A DNA stretch of 64,000 nt from Phoronis australis (lineage: Eukaryota > Animalia > Phoronida). Positions within the stretch are counted from its first letter, which is position 1, and the number at the start of each line of letters is the position of its first letter. Shown one piece after another: positions 1-14,543 of the stretch. Both the position numbers and the translations under genes were made by a program. Location: contig NMRA01000261.1 in NCBI GenBank assembly GCA_002633005.1, positions 513,215 through 577,214 of the forward strand, in the 5' to 3' direction. The notes under the pieces were generated by a model. The model had not been told where the DNA came from, did not search any database, and worked only from the letters and a program-made list of their open reading frames with translations.

Positions 1-801
1 GTTCGTTTTAAATCAGTTTTGGTTGGTACCTCGAATATCTAGTCTAGCTCATTTTTTGGGGTCTTTGTAAGGCCCCCAGGGGTCACACCCAGAGTGCAGA
101 CAACGGCAGACGTCCATTTCTGTACATACTGAGGTGGACTTTAAATGCTCCCGTGGTCAGATGTTGGTACCTCGTTCATCTATGCTAAGTGCTCTGTGCT
201 GCCGGTCTAAATTCCAACTATACAGGACCAGCAACATCAGATCGGGAGAATGATATTCGTCACTAGTGTGTGGCCGTGTCGGACAAGTTACGTGCTCATA
301 AAAAAATTCACCTTGCCAGGCTACCAACTCAATACGAAATTTCTCAGTATAATGACTGAAAACACAAAATTAAGCATCCATAATCGTATTGATTACTGTT
401 TCTTATTGATTTACCCTACGGTGACTTGAATATATATTTTTCTAGGATTTATCCGTGTGATGCCAGAAATACTTTTGACTGGCATTTTTCAAAAGAGCCT
501 ATTTAGGATTAGGATTTCTGTGGCCGGTAGCATGATACAGTTAAAAATAGATACTCACCTAAGTTCCCAAACGCTCTGCGTATATATGTCTTTGATTAGT
601 CACAGATGTTATATTTTTCTATCTTTTCTAAGAGTTCCTTTTTGACTAAGGAGGGTGACGAGGCAGGCGGAGGGGCCTGGTCGGCTTGAATCGGCTGTGG
701 TTGCACCTGTGGTTGTTGCCAGCAACTGTTGTTCTGAGTGTCCTCACCTGGTGCTGCGCATGCGTCACGAAATTTGTTAGCTTCTTGGTAATTTACTATG
801 T

Positions 802-888
802 AGCTAAATCGTAGACCAAGTAGGACACCCGACCAAGTTAACTTGGTCGGGTGTCCTACTTACTTGGCTTACTTGGTCTACGACAGCT
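802..888. repeat. Collapsed fold-back element / perfect 44-bp palindrome
   Basis: 818-839 AAGTAGGACACCCGACCAAGTT is followed directly by its reverse complement (840-861). Outer arms TCGTAGACCAAGTA / TACTTGGTCTACGA extend the hairpin. Confidence 0.8.
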
Positions 889-2137
889 TCAATACTTATC
901 CAAATATATTTAAATGCCCTCATTGTCTTTGTTGGCTGGTGTTGCCCTGTTCATTTCTAAAACTGACAATAGAGGTACATGTAAATTGTTTTACCTATCT
1001 ATTTTATCCATTTTTTCCCCTGGATTTCGAAAGGAGCGCGGCGGTGAATGGTCCCAGGTGATGCGGAGCTCGCCGCCGCATGCGGGTATGGGACTAAATG
1101 GGACCCTCCTCCTACTTGGTGATAGTGGTGGGAGATAATTTGGGACAGTCTGGTGCATTCTCCAGGCTTCGTTCTCACAGACAGGACCTCAACCCGAGCA
1201 TGTGACTAAGATACTTAGGAGGGCCGTATGAAGCAGGGGGGGGGGAGGGGCACTTGCCCCCCGATACATTTGCTGGCGTCAGAGTTAAACCGTGGAAGCA
1301 TAAGCGTGGGGCCAGGGGCAGTAGAGAAAAGAAAAACACCGAGAAAGGACAAGAGAAAAATATTCGGGAGAACATTTGACACCTATCTGTGCATGATTTA
1401 TCCTGTGAAGGCCCTGACCACGACATTTTCGTTAGGGGGGTCGCTTTTTGCGGCCTAGGTTACCTAAACACACTGTTAAACGTGCACTTAATCATTCATA
1501 CACGTATTTCGAGAAAAAAAATTGAGAGCATTCGTAAAGCACAGCTTTTGCTGAGCGTATTGAATTCACTAGGTAGTTAAATTCAATAAGACAATTCTGC
1601 GAATGCAAAAAATATTATTCCAGAGGCCCCACTCTGGCAAGGGATAATGGAGACAACTGCCTCTCTATTTTTTCGTTTTTTTCTCTAGATCATGTATATC
1701 ACTTGAGGAAAATTGATGACCTGATAGGTTGCACCAATTGCTGAACACGTCTTGTTTTTTTGAAAGCATATATATAATTATTTCCTGGCGACAGTGGAAG
1801 TGTATCATTTTCCCCAGCTACCAGAAACTGTACTACCCGTTCTTCAACGAGGGATATTGAAACAACTCCAAGGGCACTTTACCATGAACCTTACCCTTTC
1901 AAAAATACCTTCAAAGAATGACCCTGATAAAATGAACGTTTCCCTAACTGGATCATGATAAACCGATCCTTTACCGTAGATTCAGCGCTGATGGATAGGT
2001 ACGCAGCTAAGCTGTTTGTCCCAAGCATCTTTGTCTCAGTGAATCGTAGCTCAGGTGACCAGCGCTTTGCTAGTCCATTCAGTTCGTATTTTCACACTGG
2101 CAGATTTCGGCTATAGTGACTTGAGGCAGTGATACGC

Positions 2138-2337
2138 GTAAAATGTAACAATTGCGTAAAATGTCACATGTGTTAAATTTTACGTCATCGTTACACATTT
2201 CACGTTGCTAGACCTCTCCTAAAATACAACAATGTGTTACATTTTATCCGGAAGAGATAGTTGTCTTTTCCTGATTTTTATTGTTACAATTTGCCAAGAA
2301 TGCACATGCGAGAGATGTACCATTGTTACATTTTACG
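2138..2337. repeat. Short inverted-repeat element built from CGTAAAATGTAACA motifs (MITE-like relic)
   Basis: CGTAAAATGTAACA/CGTAAAATGTCACA on the left and several TGTTACATTTTA(CG) copies on the right. Confidence 0.45.
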
Positions 2338-3549
2338 AAAGTGAAGTGATTTTTATATGAGTGTGCATGATATTTGTTAAAACGGCTTCTTTCTCGGATT
2401 GTTTGAATAAAATTGTGTGTAACGTGCCATCTCGAACTTATAGATGTTCCATACGTGCTTTACATTGTTTTTAACATGAATAGTTTCTTGGTGTAGTGAA
2501 AATGTACCGCGTACAGTTTCAATTCCAGACGAAAGGAGTTTCCAGGATCAGGTAAAAAGTTTTTATTGCTAAAGCGTTAGTGCAATCTTTTGTGGGCGCT
2601 CACAGGTCATAAAACAATTGTGTATCTGGCATTACACTAACCAAACTTCCCTTGATGAGCACAAAACAAACAATGACGTATTTTGGCTAATAATTATCGT
2701 ATTTCTTCGGGGAAAAACGAACACAAGAATTTTTTCACGGAAAATTCAATTTCGCGTCAGTTTGATAGAAAAATCACCCGCTGTAGTTCACGATAGTTGG
2801 ATTCATTTCGTCCAGTTTTTTATTGTCTTGAAGTCATTGCTAATGTGAGATCAAAGTTTCTGATGCGACGGGTTCTTTCAACCGCCTTATTTTTAAAAGT
2901 CTGTTGACGAAGTATATCTCCCTGCTGTACTCGCCAAGTCTCTTATGACGCACACTATTCGCGCGCGCACACACACGGGGAAACAACAAACTTCAGCAGA
3001 GAACTAAATATGCCATAGGGGTCTACTTGTCCATGAATTTCTTGTGTTTACAATATTCATTTCTTTACAACATGATAATCCATGATTTCCGTATTGCCAA
3101 CTTCTAAATTTGGTTGATTAGTTTCGTAACATGAATTATTAAATTACATAATATTTCAGACCCATCAGATTGCTCAAAAATATCTCTTTGGCCGTAACCT
3201 CTAATAACTGATCTATTTTTGACAAATTCATTCGCTAAACGTCATCCAATTAAAAGACAGCACAATATTGCAAAACCAGTACAGATGGAAACGATCCTCT
3301 AACTCATCATCACAGAAAAAGTCAGTCATCATTTGTTAAATTTCTAATCTTGTGAAGATAAGTATTTGTATTGATAATTCTGTGGAACCCCATTAATTTG
3401 GTTAATCAAAATTTTTGAGTCAATCGGTATATTTTAGATTCTCAAAGTGTGTTTTTATGTTCATAACGTACATCCAAACTCCACAGAAGAACAATTTACC
3501 AACACTTCAGCTGTCACGTCGTGAAAACTTGAAATCTGAAATCCATGGT

Positions 3550-3845
3550 TCACAGGCAACGCAAACATATTTATTGTTGTGATCTACAAACCCAATTATT
3601 ATGTGATGCGGCACACTGATGAAACTAGTCTTCCTAATCAAAAGTGATAGCGAAATTATTAAGCAACCGATCTAGTTACAGAATTCTTTAGTTTGCGTAT
3701 CACAGGCAACGCAAAAATATTTCTTGTTGTGATCTACAAACCCAATGATCATGTGATGCGGCAACCTGGTGAAACTAGTCTTCCTAATCAAAACTGATAG
3801 CTAAATTATTAGGAAACTGATCTAGTTACATAATTCGTTGCTTTG
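3550..3845. repeat. Tandem duplication, 150-bp period, 2 copies
   Basis: TCACAGGCAACGCAAA...GATCTAGTTACA begins at 3550 and again at 3700, with high identity. Confidence 0.85.
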
Positions 3846-6539
3846 GATGATCTCTTGAATAAGATTTAAAAACGAGCATCTTTTCACTTTTTAGTTATTT
3901 GCTACCCGTGGTTCACGATTTAGAAGACAAACTGCAGTTCAAACAGCTTGCTCTTAGGTTGGTTCAGCTCACACAATTAAAAAAATGTCGCAACTGATTA
4001 CATTAATACAGACACGTACGAGGCTTATATAAAATGATCAAGAAATTCTCAATGCTTGTTGGTGGACGATTTCCGCAGGACGGCTCATTCCTTTTGATGG
4101 CATCAGTCTCGAAGTGACCTTTTACATCCAGGGTCGGTTTTATTCAATTTCAGTGTCGCACAGTGTTTGAACTTCTGCAAGTTGATATACTGGCTCGATT
4201 TTTTTCTCTTCGCATTGTCCAATTAAATTTCCGCAAAATAATCTACATTTTTTGTTATTTTTACGCTTTTTGGGGATTCAAGTAGTTGGTTTGAAAAGCC
4301 TGACGCGATTTTATTGTTACCGCAGGACTAAAGACATCGTGATATCTTTAGATTGGTTAAAACACTAGTGTGGTTGTTTGACTAACTGTACCTTGATCCA
4401 GACTCGCTCATATTCAAGGTAGTAATGCCACGTAAAGCTACGAAGATCTTCGCTTGTGCAACTCTACTCTGGTTTAGTAAACCGACTATGCGATGCGACA
4501 TAAATTACACAGTATTCGACCAAGCTGCACTGAGAAATGGAAAGTATGCCACATCTTTGTAACTGAATTTACTTTCTAGTACGCACTTGCGTATGAATTG
4601 TGTTGGTACTTGTACTATTCGATTACGCCATTTGACTCAACAGCAGGAGTGCTTGATTCCGATTCTTTGAAAAGGAATATTTTCAACAAGAGACAAAAAT
4701 GATAACACGGTGGTTAATCCTCACGTTTAGATGTAAGTCGCAAGTAAACGATTACAATCTGAATTCAGTTCTTTGTGTCAACTACAGGAAAAATAAAGTT
4801 AATTCACAAACAATATCGTGCTTACCCGTAGTTCAGAAATAATCAATTATTTCAAGCTGGCGCAGTCGTCTAAACAAAGTTTTAAATCTCAACCTCCTCG
4901 TTTCCAAAAAAGTCCTACTCTTCATCCACAGCTGTCAAGATGTTTCTCACAATATACCGGGTAGTTGCGGTTGAATATAGGAACCCCTTCGAAACAGCAC
5001 CCGCTGTCCGTTACGGGAAACCATAAATGAGATGATTTTAAAATCTTAGAGGACCATGATGTATAAGCACTTTGCCAAGCATGTATGCATGTATTGTGTA
5101 TATTGCACCGTGTCCTCGATAAATCAATGCAATAATAATAGTAATAGTAATAATGATAATGGTTAGCCAAATTCATGCCGCGTCAGCCCGGTGGATATTC
5201 CTAGAGAAGAAGAATACTACCTTTCAAACTAAACTCAAAGTCAACTTCTGACAGACATTACGTCGCTAATTCTTCTGAGCACAAAGGCCGCTACTTTTCA
5301 CCTGGGCAAGGACCAACACGCAGTGTTATGTGGAAATTGTTTCGTTTTCGAAGGAATGCTAGGTTTCAGCAATTTTAAATTCAAACAACATCAGACCACT
5401 TTGATTTTCCTGATATCACAAGAACAGACCACTTTATATTTCTATTCCTTCGTTTAAAGAGGCCTGAAAAGTGGTTCTCTGCCACTGAAACAGAATTTAA
5501 CCTGTACACCAGGTATTTATAGGGTTTGTTCGTAATTATTTTTCATTTCTGTTGATATCAAAGCATTTTTCCTTTAGTTTCAAATTTCAAAAAACGATGT
5601 GTCATCTGCTGGCCACTTCGTCAATTTTTATCCCACAATGAAAAGCACGTCTCCTTATTTGGTATGGCAAGACATAGACGTAGCACATTTCCTTTACATG
5701 GAAAATTTGACCTTTGATCTCAAGCGACTTAAAAAAACTGACTGTGAGCGCATGCGCGCATTTATCATCAGTGGGAAGGAGCTTAGAATCTCTGTGGTAA
5801 ACACAGAGTTTTTCCTTCACGTATTTCAAAAATCATGAATTTTGTGATTTTTTCTGGAAATTTCCTCACAGGGAAAGTGAAATATTTTGTAATAGAAGTT
5901 GCTAGATGGTGCTTCCGTCAAAAGTTGTTTAAAATATATTTTTGAGGGGCTTTCGCGTTCCATGTCTCTTTAAGCTGCCTACCGTGATGACATTCCGTTT
6001 CTGCTGTTAACTCGTGTCATAGGCAATGCATAAGTGCGCCATTTTTTGATTCATAATGCTAGAATAAGCGAACCTTAGAAAATCGGAAGCGTTTTCGATG
6101 TTCTTGTCGATAACGGAAATATAACCCTATCAAAGTAAAGCATATTATGAGACCGATTTTATGAGAGTAAATGGCCTTATTTAATATTCTCATTTAGTCA
6201 GTTAAACAGGGTTAAATGCAGCTTTCAAATAGCATTTTTATCGTTTATTTTTTGCTCCCTTCTAACTTACAGAACACAATAAAACACTGTTTGAGCATAA
6301 ATTGTCGCGCTCGCCACGTGTGGTCGCACGGGAGTCAGTATGTGTCGAGTGCGACACTTACGTCACATCGACACCCTTGCAACTCTCTAGATCCACCAGC
6401 GCGGAGGAACCAGCTATTGATTATTGCGTGGATCCAGCTTCTAGTGGCTTTGCTGCGCTCGTCGTTATATGCGCCGAAAGCCGCACGGTTGAAAAAGAGA
6501 CCAACCACATCGGCAAGAAACGCGATTTTCTAAAATCAA

Positions 6540-6600
6540 CCCCAGCGCGGAATCGAACCTAGAACCCTTGCAATGGCAGACAATCGCTCCACTGGCAAAG
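6540..6600 (-). repeat. tRNA-derived (SINE-like) head fragment
   Basis: Minus strand reads ...GGGTTCTAGGTTCGATTCCGCGCTGGG, containing a Pol III B-box (GGTTCGATTCC). No complete cloverleaf is evident. Confidence 0.4.
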
Positions 6601-7164
6601 CTAAATCCCATTCGATGTCAGAGTAATTAACTGTCAAGTCACCAGCTTTGATTGGCTATTTGTAACAGAATCCCAGAACAACGGATTTCATTATTTTATA
6701 GCTCTGGTCAAAACTAATAACGTCTATCCACGTCTTTCAGTCGTAAAAACAATAATGCCTTTTTAACTCTGACTCCATCAGACCCAGAAAAGTCTCTTCC
6801 ATATCTTACAATCCTAACAAACATGGAAATTCATAAATGACGTCAAATAACGGTGGTTCTGTAACCGTAGATATTTTCGGCTTATCAGATGATGGTGCCC
6901 CTACTTTTGGATATGCTTGTTTCAGAAATCACAATTCAATACAACCCACACAAGAACAACCTGATCTCAACGGCCGTCTTCCACATTTGCTTGAAACCAT
7001 TAAATGACAAGTTCCGACAGATAGAAACAATAACCTTTTGTTTAAAAACGATCTCCAAGCAATTCATTAGTGAACTTCAATAAGAATATCCTCCAAAGGG
7101 TCCATAATAGAAACTGCTCCTAAGCAAAGTGCTCCAGTACGGTGGACTCCCACGGTCTGTTGTA

Positions 7165-9658
7165 CTATACATTAACTGGCCCAGTCGATTTACTAGTCAA
7201 CCTCGCCGATTCATCGCCGTCATAACTAGCAATAGTCTCTTGCCCTCCGAAGGTGTAAGCGTTGTGTATTGTTTTATAGCGACCTGGCCGCCGATAGAAA
7301 ATCTTGTGACGGAACTTATAAACTAGAGCTGAAACAAGAGTTAACACGCTGACGGAGACCAGACAAACAATTAAGGCTACTTTGCCATTGTCCGTAAGCT
7401 GCGGTGCACTCGTAGGAGCGAAATCTGAATCGGGAACATCCAAGATATTTCTTCCTTGTAATGACGCCGGCGTTGAACATCTGAAAGTAGACTACAATTA
7501 TTGCTGACGTCGAAACCTAAGGTATATATTGTTTGTTTTCCCTCGTCGCATCCACTTTCGACTCTGATGGTTTTAAATATTTTATTTTAATTTTTTCATG
7601 GATGAGGAGCACTCACATTTGTTGTAGCAAATATCTCGTAAACAATTATTTCGTCAGACACCAAAAACATTTTGTGATTTTGTCGTTCATATTTTAAAGT
7701 CAGGCGTGTAGGGAAAACAGACTTGAAGCTACTTTTGAGCCTTGTTCATTCACAAAAACACCTCTCAATTTCGACGTTTTTCCGTCATGATATTAATCGA
7801 AAATTGTTCTGGAGTCATTTCAGATTTCTGGACTTGGCAAGAACTGACAGTTCGTTATAATGTAGATTGAGATCAGAAATAAAGCTTAGTCTTTCACTGC
7901 GGGTCGTATGTGCCGAGCGTGGTCTCAGGCAACAAAGAATTTTCATCTCTTTTCAAGTTCAGAGGGAAGAGTAGAGACCAATCTCACAGCAGTTAGCGCT
8001 CTGTATCAAAGTGTTATTTAATTTGACGGAATGAGAATTTATTACCCCTTTCAAATTTACGCCATTCGAAGGCTATAAATATTCACCTAATAGCTGCATG
8101 ACGATATTCACGAAATACCTGAGTATTGCGATATTTACGGAATACCTGCGAACTGCGATATTCACCAAATGGGTACGTATTACGATAAAATGAAAATTAA
8201 GAGGGAACAGGGCTTATACATGTAACGTCCATACAAATATTGTCATGCGTGATATCAAAGTTTGACTGGAAAGAATGTTTTATTTCAATCGCAATCAATA
8301 TGCAAGGATTGAAAAAAAATCCGATGAGTCGGATTACCGGCTTTCAACATTAAGTCAATTAGTTAGTTAGTTAAATGTTACACGAGAACAAAGCAAAAGG
8401 AACACGGTTACGACAAATATATGATTCGAAACACTTACACAACTGCACCAGATGTGTTCTTGTATTTAGGCAAGACTTGTTTCATCCAAATGAGATCCGA
8501 GTCGCAGTGCCACCTGTTGCCCGATAGATCAAGGTTTTCCAGTCGCATCCAAGGCAACAGCGAACTTCCCAAAGAGCGTAAGCTATTGTTGGCCAACGAC
8601 ACGTGACGCAACGCCGTTGTGGCATCACCAAATGCTTCACTGTCAATGTGTACCAGCTTGCTATTGTTGCTTATGTTAACAGTCTCTAGTTGCGAACAAG
8701 CGGACAGCGCAAATCGTTCAATGGTTGTCAGCATCTTTGCATTTGTCAAGATTAATGACTTCACGCCATTTGTAGCAGAAGTATCATCAGGGGGCAATAT
8801 ACTTGTAAATTTATTGAAATTTAATATTAATTCATTTACTCTGAGAACACTGTCTGTGTTAACTGCGTTCAGGGGAACCAACGATAAATTGTTATGCGAT
8901 AAGTCCAACTCTCGTACAGAGTTCAAATTTTGAAAAATACCCAGACCTATCCTGTCAATGTTGTTATAAGACGCATTTATTTGGACGTCAGAACCTCTCA
9001 AGTCCGCAAAAACGCCAGTTGGTAGGGTTTTCAAGTAGTTGTAACTTATGTCCAACTTTTTCAGCTTAGACATTGCTTGGAAGTGCGTTGACAGATCAAG
9101 TAATTTGTTGTGAGACAAATCCAACGTGTCCAATGTTGCTATATCTGTGAATGCGTTGGTGCCAATAGTATGTAAGCCGTTCCTGCTTAAATCCAAAATT
9201 TTCAGTGTCTTCAGATCTTTATAAAAAAACGCCTCGTCCTCAAGCTCACTGATTCCGTTTGAAGATAAATTTAAAATTTTAAGAAATGCTAAACCTTTGA
9301 AGGTGTTTTGGGAGAATGGAAAATTGGACAAATTGTTGCTAGCCAAACTCAAAACCTCCAATCCCACATACCCGCTGAAGGCGTCATCACTGATGGTGTC
9401 TATGACATTGCCATCCACATGAAGTTCTTCAAGAAGACTGTACGACAGGTTGGAGAGAGTAGTTAACCTGTTGTTTCTAAAGTAAAGTACTTTTGTAGTG
9501 GGTGGTAAATCTGTGGGTATTTCTGTAAGATCTCGTGAATCACAATCCACCTCGCCCTTCAGACATTTGCATGGGGAACACGAGTCTGCTGACGCGACCG
9601 TCAGGCCGGCACTGTGCACCAAAACTGTAGCCATCAATGTTAACCAATAGCTGGCCAT
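7165..9658 (-). CDS. Type I transmembrane leucine-rich repeat protein (LRRN/Tartan-Capricious-like, no Ig/FN3/TIR); exons 9658-8439 and 7480-7165, 511 aa
   Basis: Signal peptide MASYWLTLMATVLVHSAG; LRRNT (CSPCKC..VDC); about 13 LxxLxLxxN repeats; LRRCT GNRWHCD. GTAAGT donor at 8438 (phase 2) joins a CAG acceptor at 7481-7483 to give VVCSTPASLQGRNIL. TM segment VALIVCLVSVSVLTLVSALVY and a short tail follow. Confidence 0.92.
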
Positions 9659-11533
9659 TCTTCACCTACAAAATGAACACAAAGACGCGTGGCACACATT
9701 TTCACCGAGTTCTTCAGTTAATACTGAATAATGTGTAAAAAAATTGTCAAGAGAGAGAATATGTCACGAATTAATGAGAATTCTCATTTATCACGTTTGG
9801 ACGTGTTGACAATATGACTGATCAGACGTAAACAAAAATGCAACAGTCTCTCTTGAGAAAAATATTTTGGTCCCTCTTTCTGAATTTCTGGAACACGGTC
9901 TTAGTGTGGCTGGAAAAATGTGTCGCCAGATGCACACTGTATACCATCGCCCATCCTTTTCACGACCATGACCTCAATGGTACGGGGAAGGCACTTCCAT
10001 AAGAGGTGCCGGTAGGGACATACACCAGCTTCTTGGATGGGCAATTTAACACCCCAGGTATCGTTTCGGGAGTTCATTTACTTTCTTAGCTGTGGTTTCT
10101 GGAGGGTAATATTTTTGACTTCATTGGTGAGCACCGGAGTAGGGGTCAGCGCCGTATTGTATTGTTTGGGAGTTTTTCATTTGGTGTCCGGCGACTCGTA
10201 AGCCATTTTCTCGGTTGCCTATATACTGGGCCTGTTTATTGAAGAGGATGGTGACTTTTGTCTTTTGACTTTAGCCAAACTTCAGAAATCTTATCACAAA
10301 TAACCAAAGTTAATCGATTCCCGTGTCTTTTGCATTTCACAAAATGTTTTGTCTTCAGCATATTCGAGCAGGCTACGAATTTCTGACTTCTGACTTTCAG
10401 TTGTACAAATAACTTTCCGCCATAACTTGATTTTTGGGAAACAGCCTAAGCCATCTGTAGCCTCCTTTTCAGCGGAAAGTCAAAAAGACAGAAACAAATT
10501 GTCTATTCGAGAAACAGACCCCTGGCAAGATGTGAAACAGGGTAGAGTTAAGTAACGCCTGGATCTCGCTAGGACCTCACTAAAAAGACAAGACTTCGCG
10601 AGATTAAGCGAGATATTACCGTGTATTTTAAATGAGAACACGGGATTTTGCCTACTAGATTTGTCTACCCGCGAGACAACTACTAGTGAACTCTACTCGA
10701 TAGATTTTGAACGGAGCGGTGGGCCTAGCCTTCACTTAGTCGGATGTTTAGTTATGACGTACTTGCCACTGTTACGACGCGATTCGGACCCACAAATAGG
10801 AATAAGCAATGCGCAGTAACACCACATTTTCGACAAATTTTGCGGGTCTTGTATATTTTGATTTAGCTAACCAGCGGACAATTCAGCACTTGAAATTTTT
10901 ACAAATCGGTGTGCTCCGACAACGGTTGCACCCATTTTATGCTCCCTTGAAATTATTGCTTTTAATTTTGTCATTTTATTTTATTTGACTAGGGTCCAAA
11001 ACGTTAACTTAACATGATGTAATACTGAACAAGAGAATAGGCACAGGCTTGTGTACTTTACATATCTTTCTGCCTTTACTTAATATTTATCCTTTTAAAT
11101 GTAAACTTATTAGCAGATAGTAGTTAAGTCAACTGTGACTCAAATGGTTCTTCAAAAATTACTCCTTGGTTTCACTCAAGAGTATATGAAACACCGTGCG
11201 CAGCTTTACTTCCCAGGCGCATACACATACGTGTATAAGGAAGCGGTGTCATAACATTCATTGTGTTTCAATTTGTGACACTTATTGCCTGACTTAATCG
11301 GCGTCATCAACAGTCACGAGTAGGTCAGCTGGAGCTACGATAAAGGGTCAATGCATGTCTCCATAGAATAATTGTGTACTTTGTACTCTTGCCCCGATTA
11401 TGAACAAAGTTCAATTAGACGAAGCTCGCTAGCTTAAACGTAAATAGCTTATATTACGCATAATAGCCTTAAGTATAAAAATCATCATGTATGTAACGTT
11501 TTCCCGAAATTTGGTAGTGTTAAAGGATAACCA

Positions 11534-12112
11534 TAGGGTGTCTCAAAACTTTACAAAATACTCGGAAACACGATTGCTGAAAATGGCTTTACTGGGAGCT
11601 AATTATGGTGTTTTTGTGTCACTAAACACGAATAATCTCAGTCTCCTTTGAAAGATACACAAGTCATGAAAAGGTGCCGAGACTGGCTTTTATTCCAGAG
11701 AAACCCGAAACCTGGACACTTCCTAATTTTGCACAGCTGACCAGACTCTCTTATCGCCAGCGCGAGCTCAACAGAACGACTCTTTCGATTCACCACAATT
11801 TATTGATCAAATTGAACACAATTTCCATTTGTGAAAACAGAAACAGTTTCGTTTCTTGGTCTTCATATTTGCCCAAGCACTTTATTGACGAATCCTCGAT
11901 ATCTACGTTGCACAACTAATTACTGCATGAGGTAAAGCTAACGAAATTTGTTCTCTGCAATTAAACTAATCGATTGCACTATTTCTTAAACATCTACTAC
12001 TGGTAAACAATCTTTGAGATTCCTAGAATAATAATAAACAATTAGTTCCCAATAAAACCGTCGTTTCATATTACTTAGATTTTAGGATATTTTAACATTT
12101 TGTGACACCCTG
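11534..12112. mobile_element. Tc1/mariner-type MITE (decayed)
   Basis: Termini (C>T)AGGGTGTCTCAAAA and TTTTGTGACACCCTG are inverted repeats of the CAGGGTG type. The TA target duplication is decayed and there is no ORF. Confidence 0.5.
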
Positions 12113-14543
12113 TGTATACGATAAGCGCTTTGTTAACAATGTACATGTAAGAGTTATATAGCGGTGCACAGTAGGCAAAACACTCCTGATACTAAACTGA
12201 ATACATTACCTTGTGGACAGATTTCTTCTTAAACAACAACACCTCTTTAAATATGCTAGTCCAACAAAGTTAGCCCGGCGTCGGTAAACTTGAAGTAGTC
12301 AAAGCAGTTGAAAAAGGAAACATGCGATGTTCACTTCTAAACACAAACCTGAGAGGTGAGTAATCACATGTTATCTTTAGACTTTGTACCCTGTAAATTT
12401 GTGTATGATGTCAACAACTCTCCGCCAACAACAGTTTGTGAGCGATTATAACCCGATGCATGACAGGTCGTCGTGCTTGGGTGTTTACGGCACACAGAGA
12501 CTGCACACACTCAAAAATACAAGCGAAGAAACAAAAATAGCATCAAGTTTGGCTAGTCGACCAAGCAACTGTGCATGCAAAAAACTTAGTTGGGAGTAGA
12601 TTCTCCTTAGTTTAAAATTGGTGGTTACTTTGCCTCCGGTGCAAATTGTTAGAAAGCTGAATTACACTCAAAACGCGCTGGAAGGGGTGTTGGAGACTGC
12701 AAATGCATGCATGAATAAAACCCTAGGGCAGGGTCTGAGTACTCTCTGCCAGAGATCTCTGAGAGGTCGGCGGGCAGCTCCAGAAAATCACACTTTGATG
12801 GTCATGGCTGTTTGAGTGGGCAAAAAATTAAAGAAAAAGAAAAGAAAAACACTAAGAACAAATAAGTACACAAGAAACATACAAATGACAGGTATTGAGA
12901 TATTTTAAAGTGTCGCACTGTGGACCCAGGACGAGGCAAAAGGGGAACAAATTTCGAGGGTCCAGTTACTTCCGGGGAGTTGCAGTCAGTGAGACTTGAA
13001 ATTCATTGATTATCAATTTCGCACGATTTAATCTAGTCTGCAACGGTGAGGACACTTCTTCAGTAACTACTATACTTAATATCTAAATATAAACAAATCA
13101 ATCGGAAATTGCATATCAATAATAGTCACGGGGAAAACGATAATCTAATCTTTAAGATTTTCTGAAATTAACAGGGTGTTTATCTTTTACATTTAGAGGT
13201 CACCCTAGAGCATCCCCGTTCGCCACAAATTTCGTGCTACTACCTGCCCAGTTGACAACCCCGCCTCTCCAACCATTTGAAGGGAGCCCTACACCTACCT
13301 GGAGGCAAGATGGACCCCCCAAGTTATGCGGAGTTGTGGTCTGCGCTATCTGCTCTGGTTTGGGCTATTGTGCACACGACGTCCCCATTTCTTGCTTTAC
13401 TTGAATCCCGGTTTCACAGCCTGGGCCCGGGTTCTAGTGTTTGATCTCGAAATCGATTCGAAATTATTTTTGACGTTCTCCGTTAAGCTTATATTGGGAA
13501 TTCAATTTTATCGTTAATCTGTTGCTCGAGTACACTACTAGTAGGTCTACCAGGCACGCAGCTCCCCATAGCGGATAATATGATTCGCACGCCTCACGTG
13601 GTGTGTGATTTTGAAGAAATTGCTTCTTTAATTGTCCTGGTAGTCTTCAAAAGAACTTCCAACACTTCGTAACATCATTACATAACTCGGACGCTCCACG
13701 TGCAATATGTGTATTTTACTTATGCACAGTAAGCGTAGCAGTAATCAAGACGATAAGAGTTCCTCAAACTGCTTTCCCAAGGCAGTTTCAAATCCTGGCT
13801 TATCCTATCTTCGATCAATGTCCATGGTCACTTGACACAATTCAGTTTCTCTCCGATTGCATTCAATTAATTGGACGAAGATAAATGTCTGCACTAAACG
13901 CTATTTCACTCGTATCATCATTTGAATAAAATATCTTACATGTAGATACATTTCGTATTTCACCCCTCATATGAATTTGTAGATGGTTTGGACGAAATCC
14001 TTAACTCACAAGCGGTCAATATTTTGAAGCCAATCATTTTTCATATTGACCGCTGCTTTGGTAACGCCCCTTTTTAATTCCTTCCTCATTTTTTTTCTGT
14101 TCTCAAGCCACTAGTCTGCAAATTCGGCATTCTTTTCAAGGGACACAGACGATTTTAGGGCTGTAACGCATTTTTGGAATTATTATTGAATAGGGTAGAC
14201 TTAATTCTTGACTTTATTAGCTTTGATGTCCAAAACTGTAAAATAACAAACTCTTTTATTTTATTACAAGTCTCCAATTCTCGCCTTTGTCTGTCAAATA
14301 TTCGTTGAAACTCATCCGCCATGGAGGCTGATATCAAAAAATCATTTTCTCGTTGATTAAGTTACTTTAAGCCTTTTCAAGCCATCCGAATTCTAACGTC
14401 ATGGTTGTTCTCAAAAAACCGTAAAATATAAACATCTCAGTACAAGCAAACCTCCATTACAGAATCACAATTCCTTCCATCACACGATTGCACAAAAGAT
14501 GTGTATTCAAAGGTTTGTTCACTGACTTTCAATACACGCCATT

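Noticed and set aside
8619-8933. Antisense ORFs over the LRR, GPCR, ERI1 and RING exons
   Set aside because: Shadow ORFs on the opposite strand of real coding exons.
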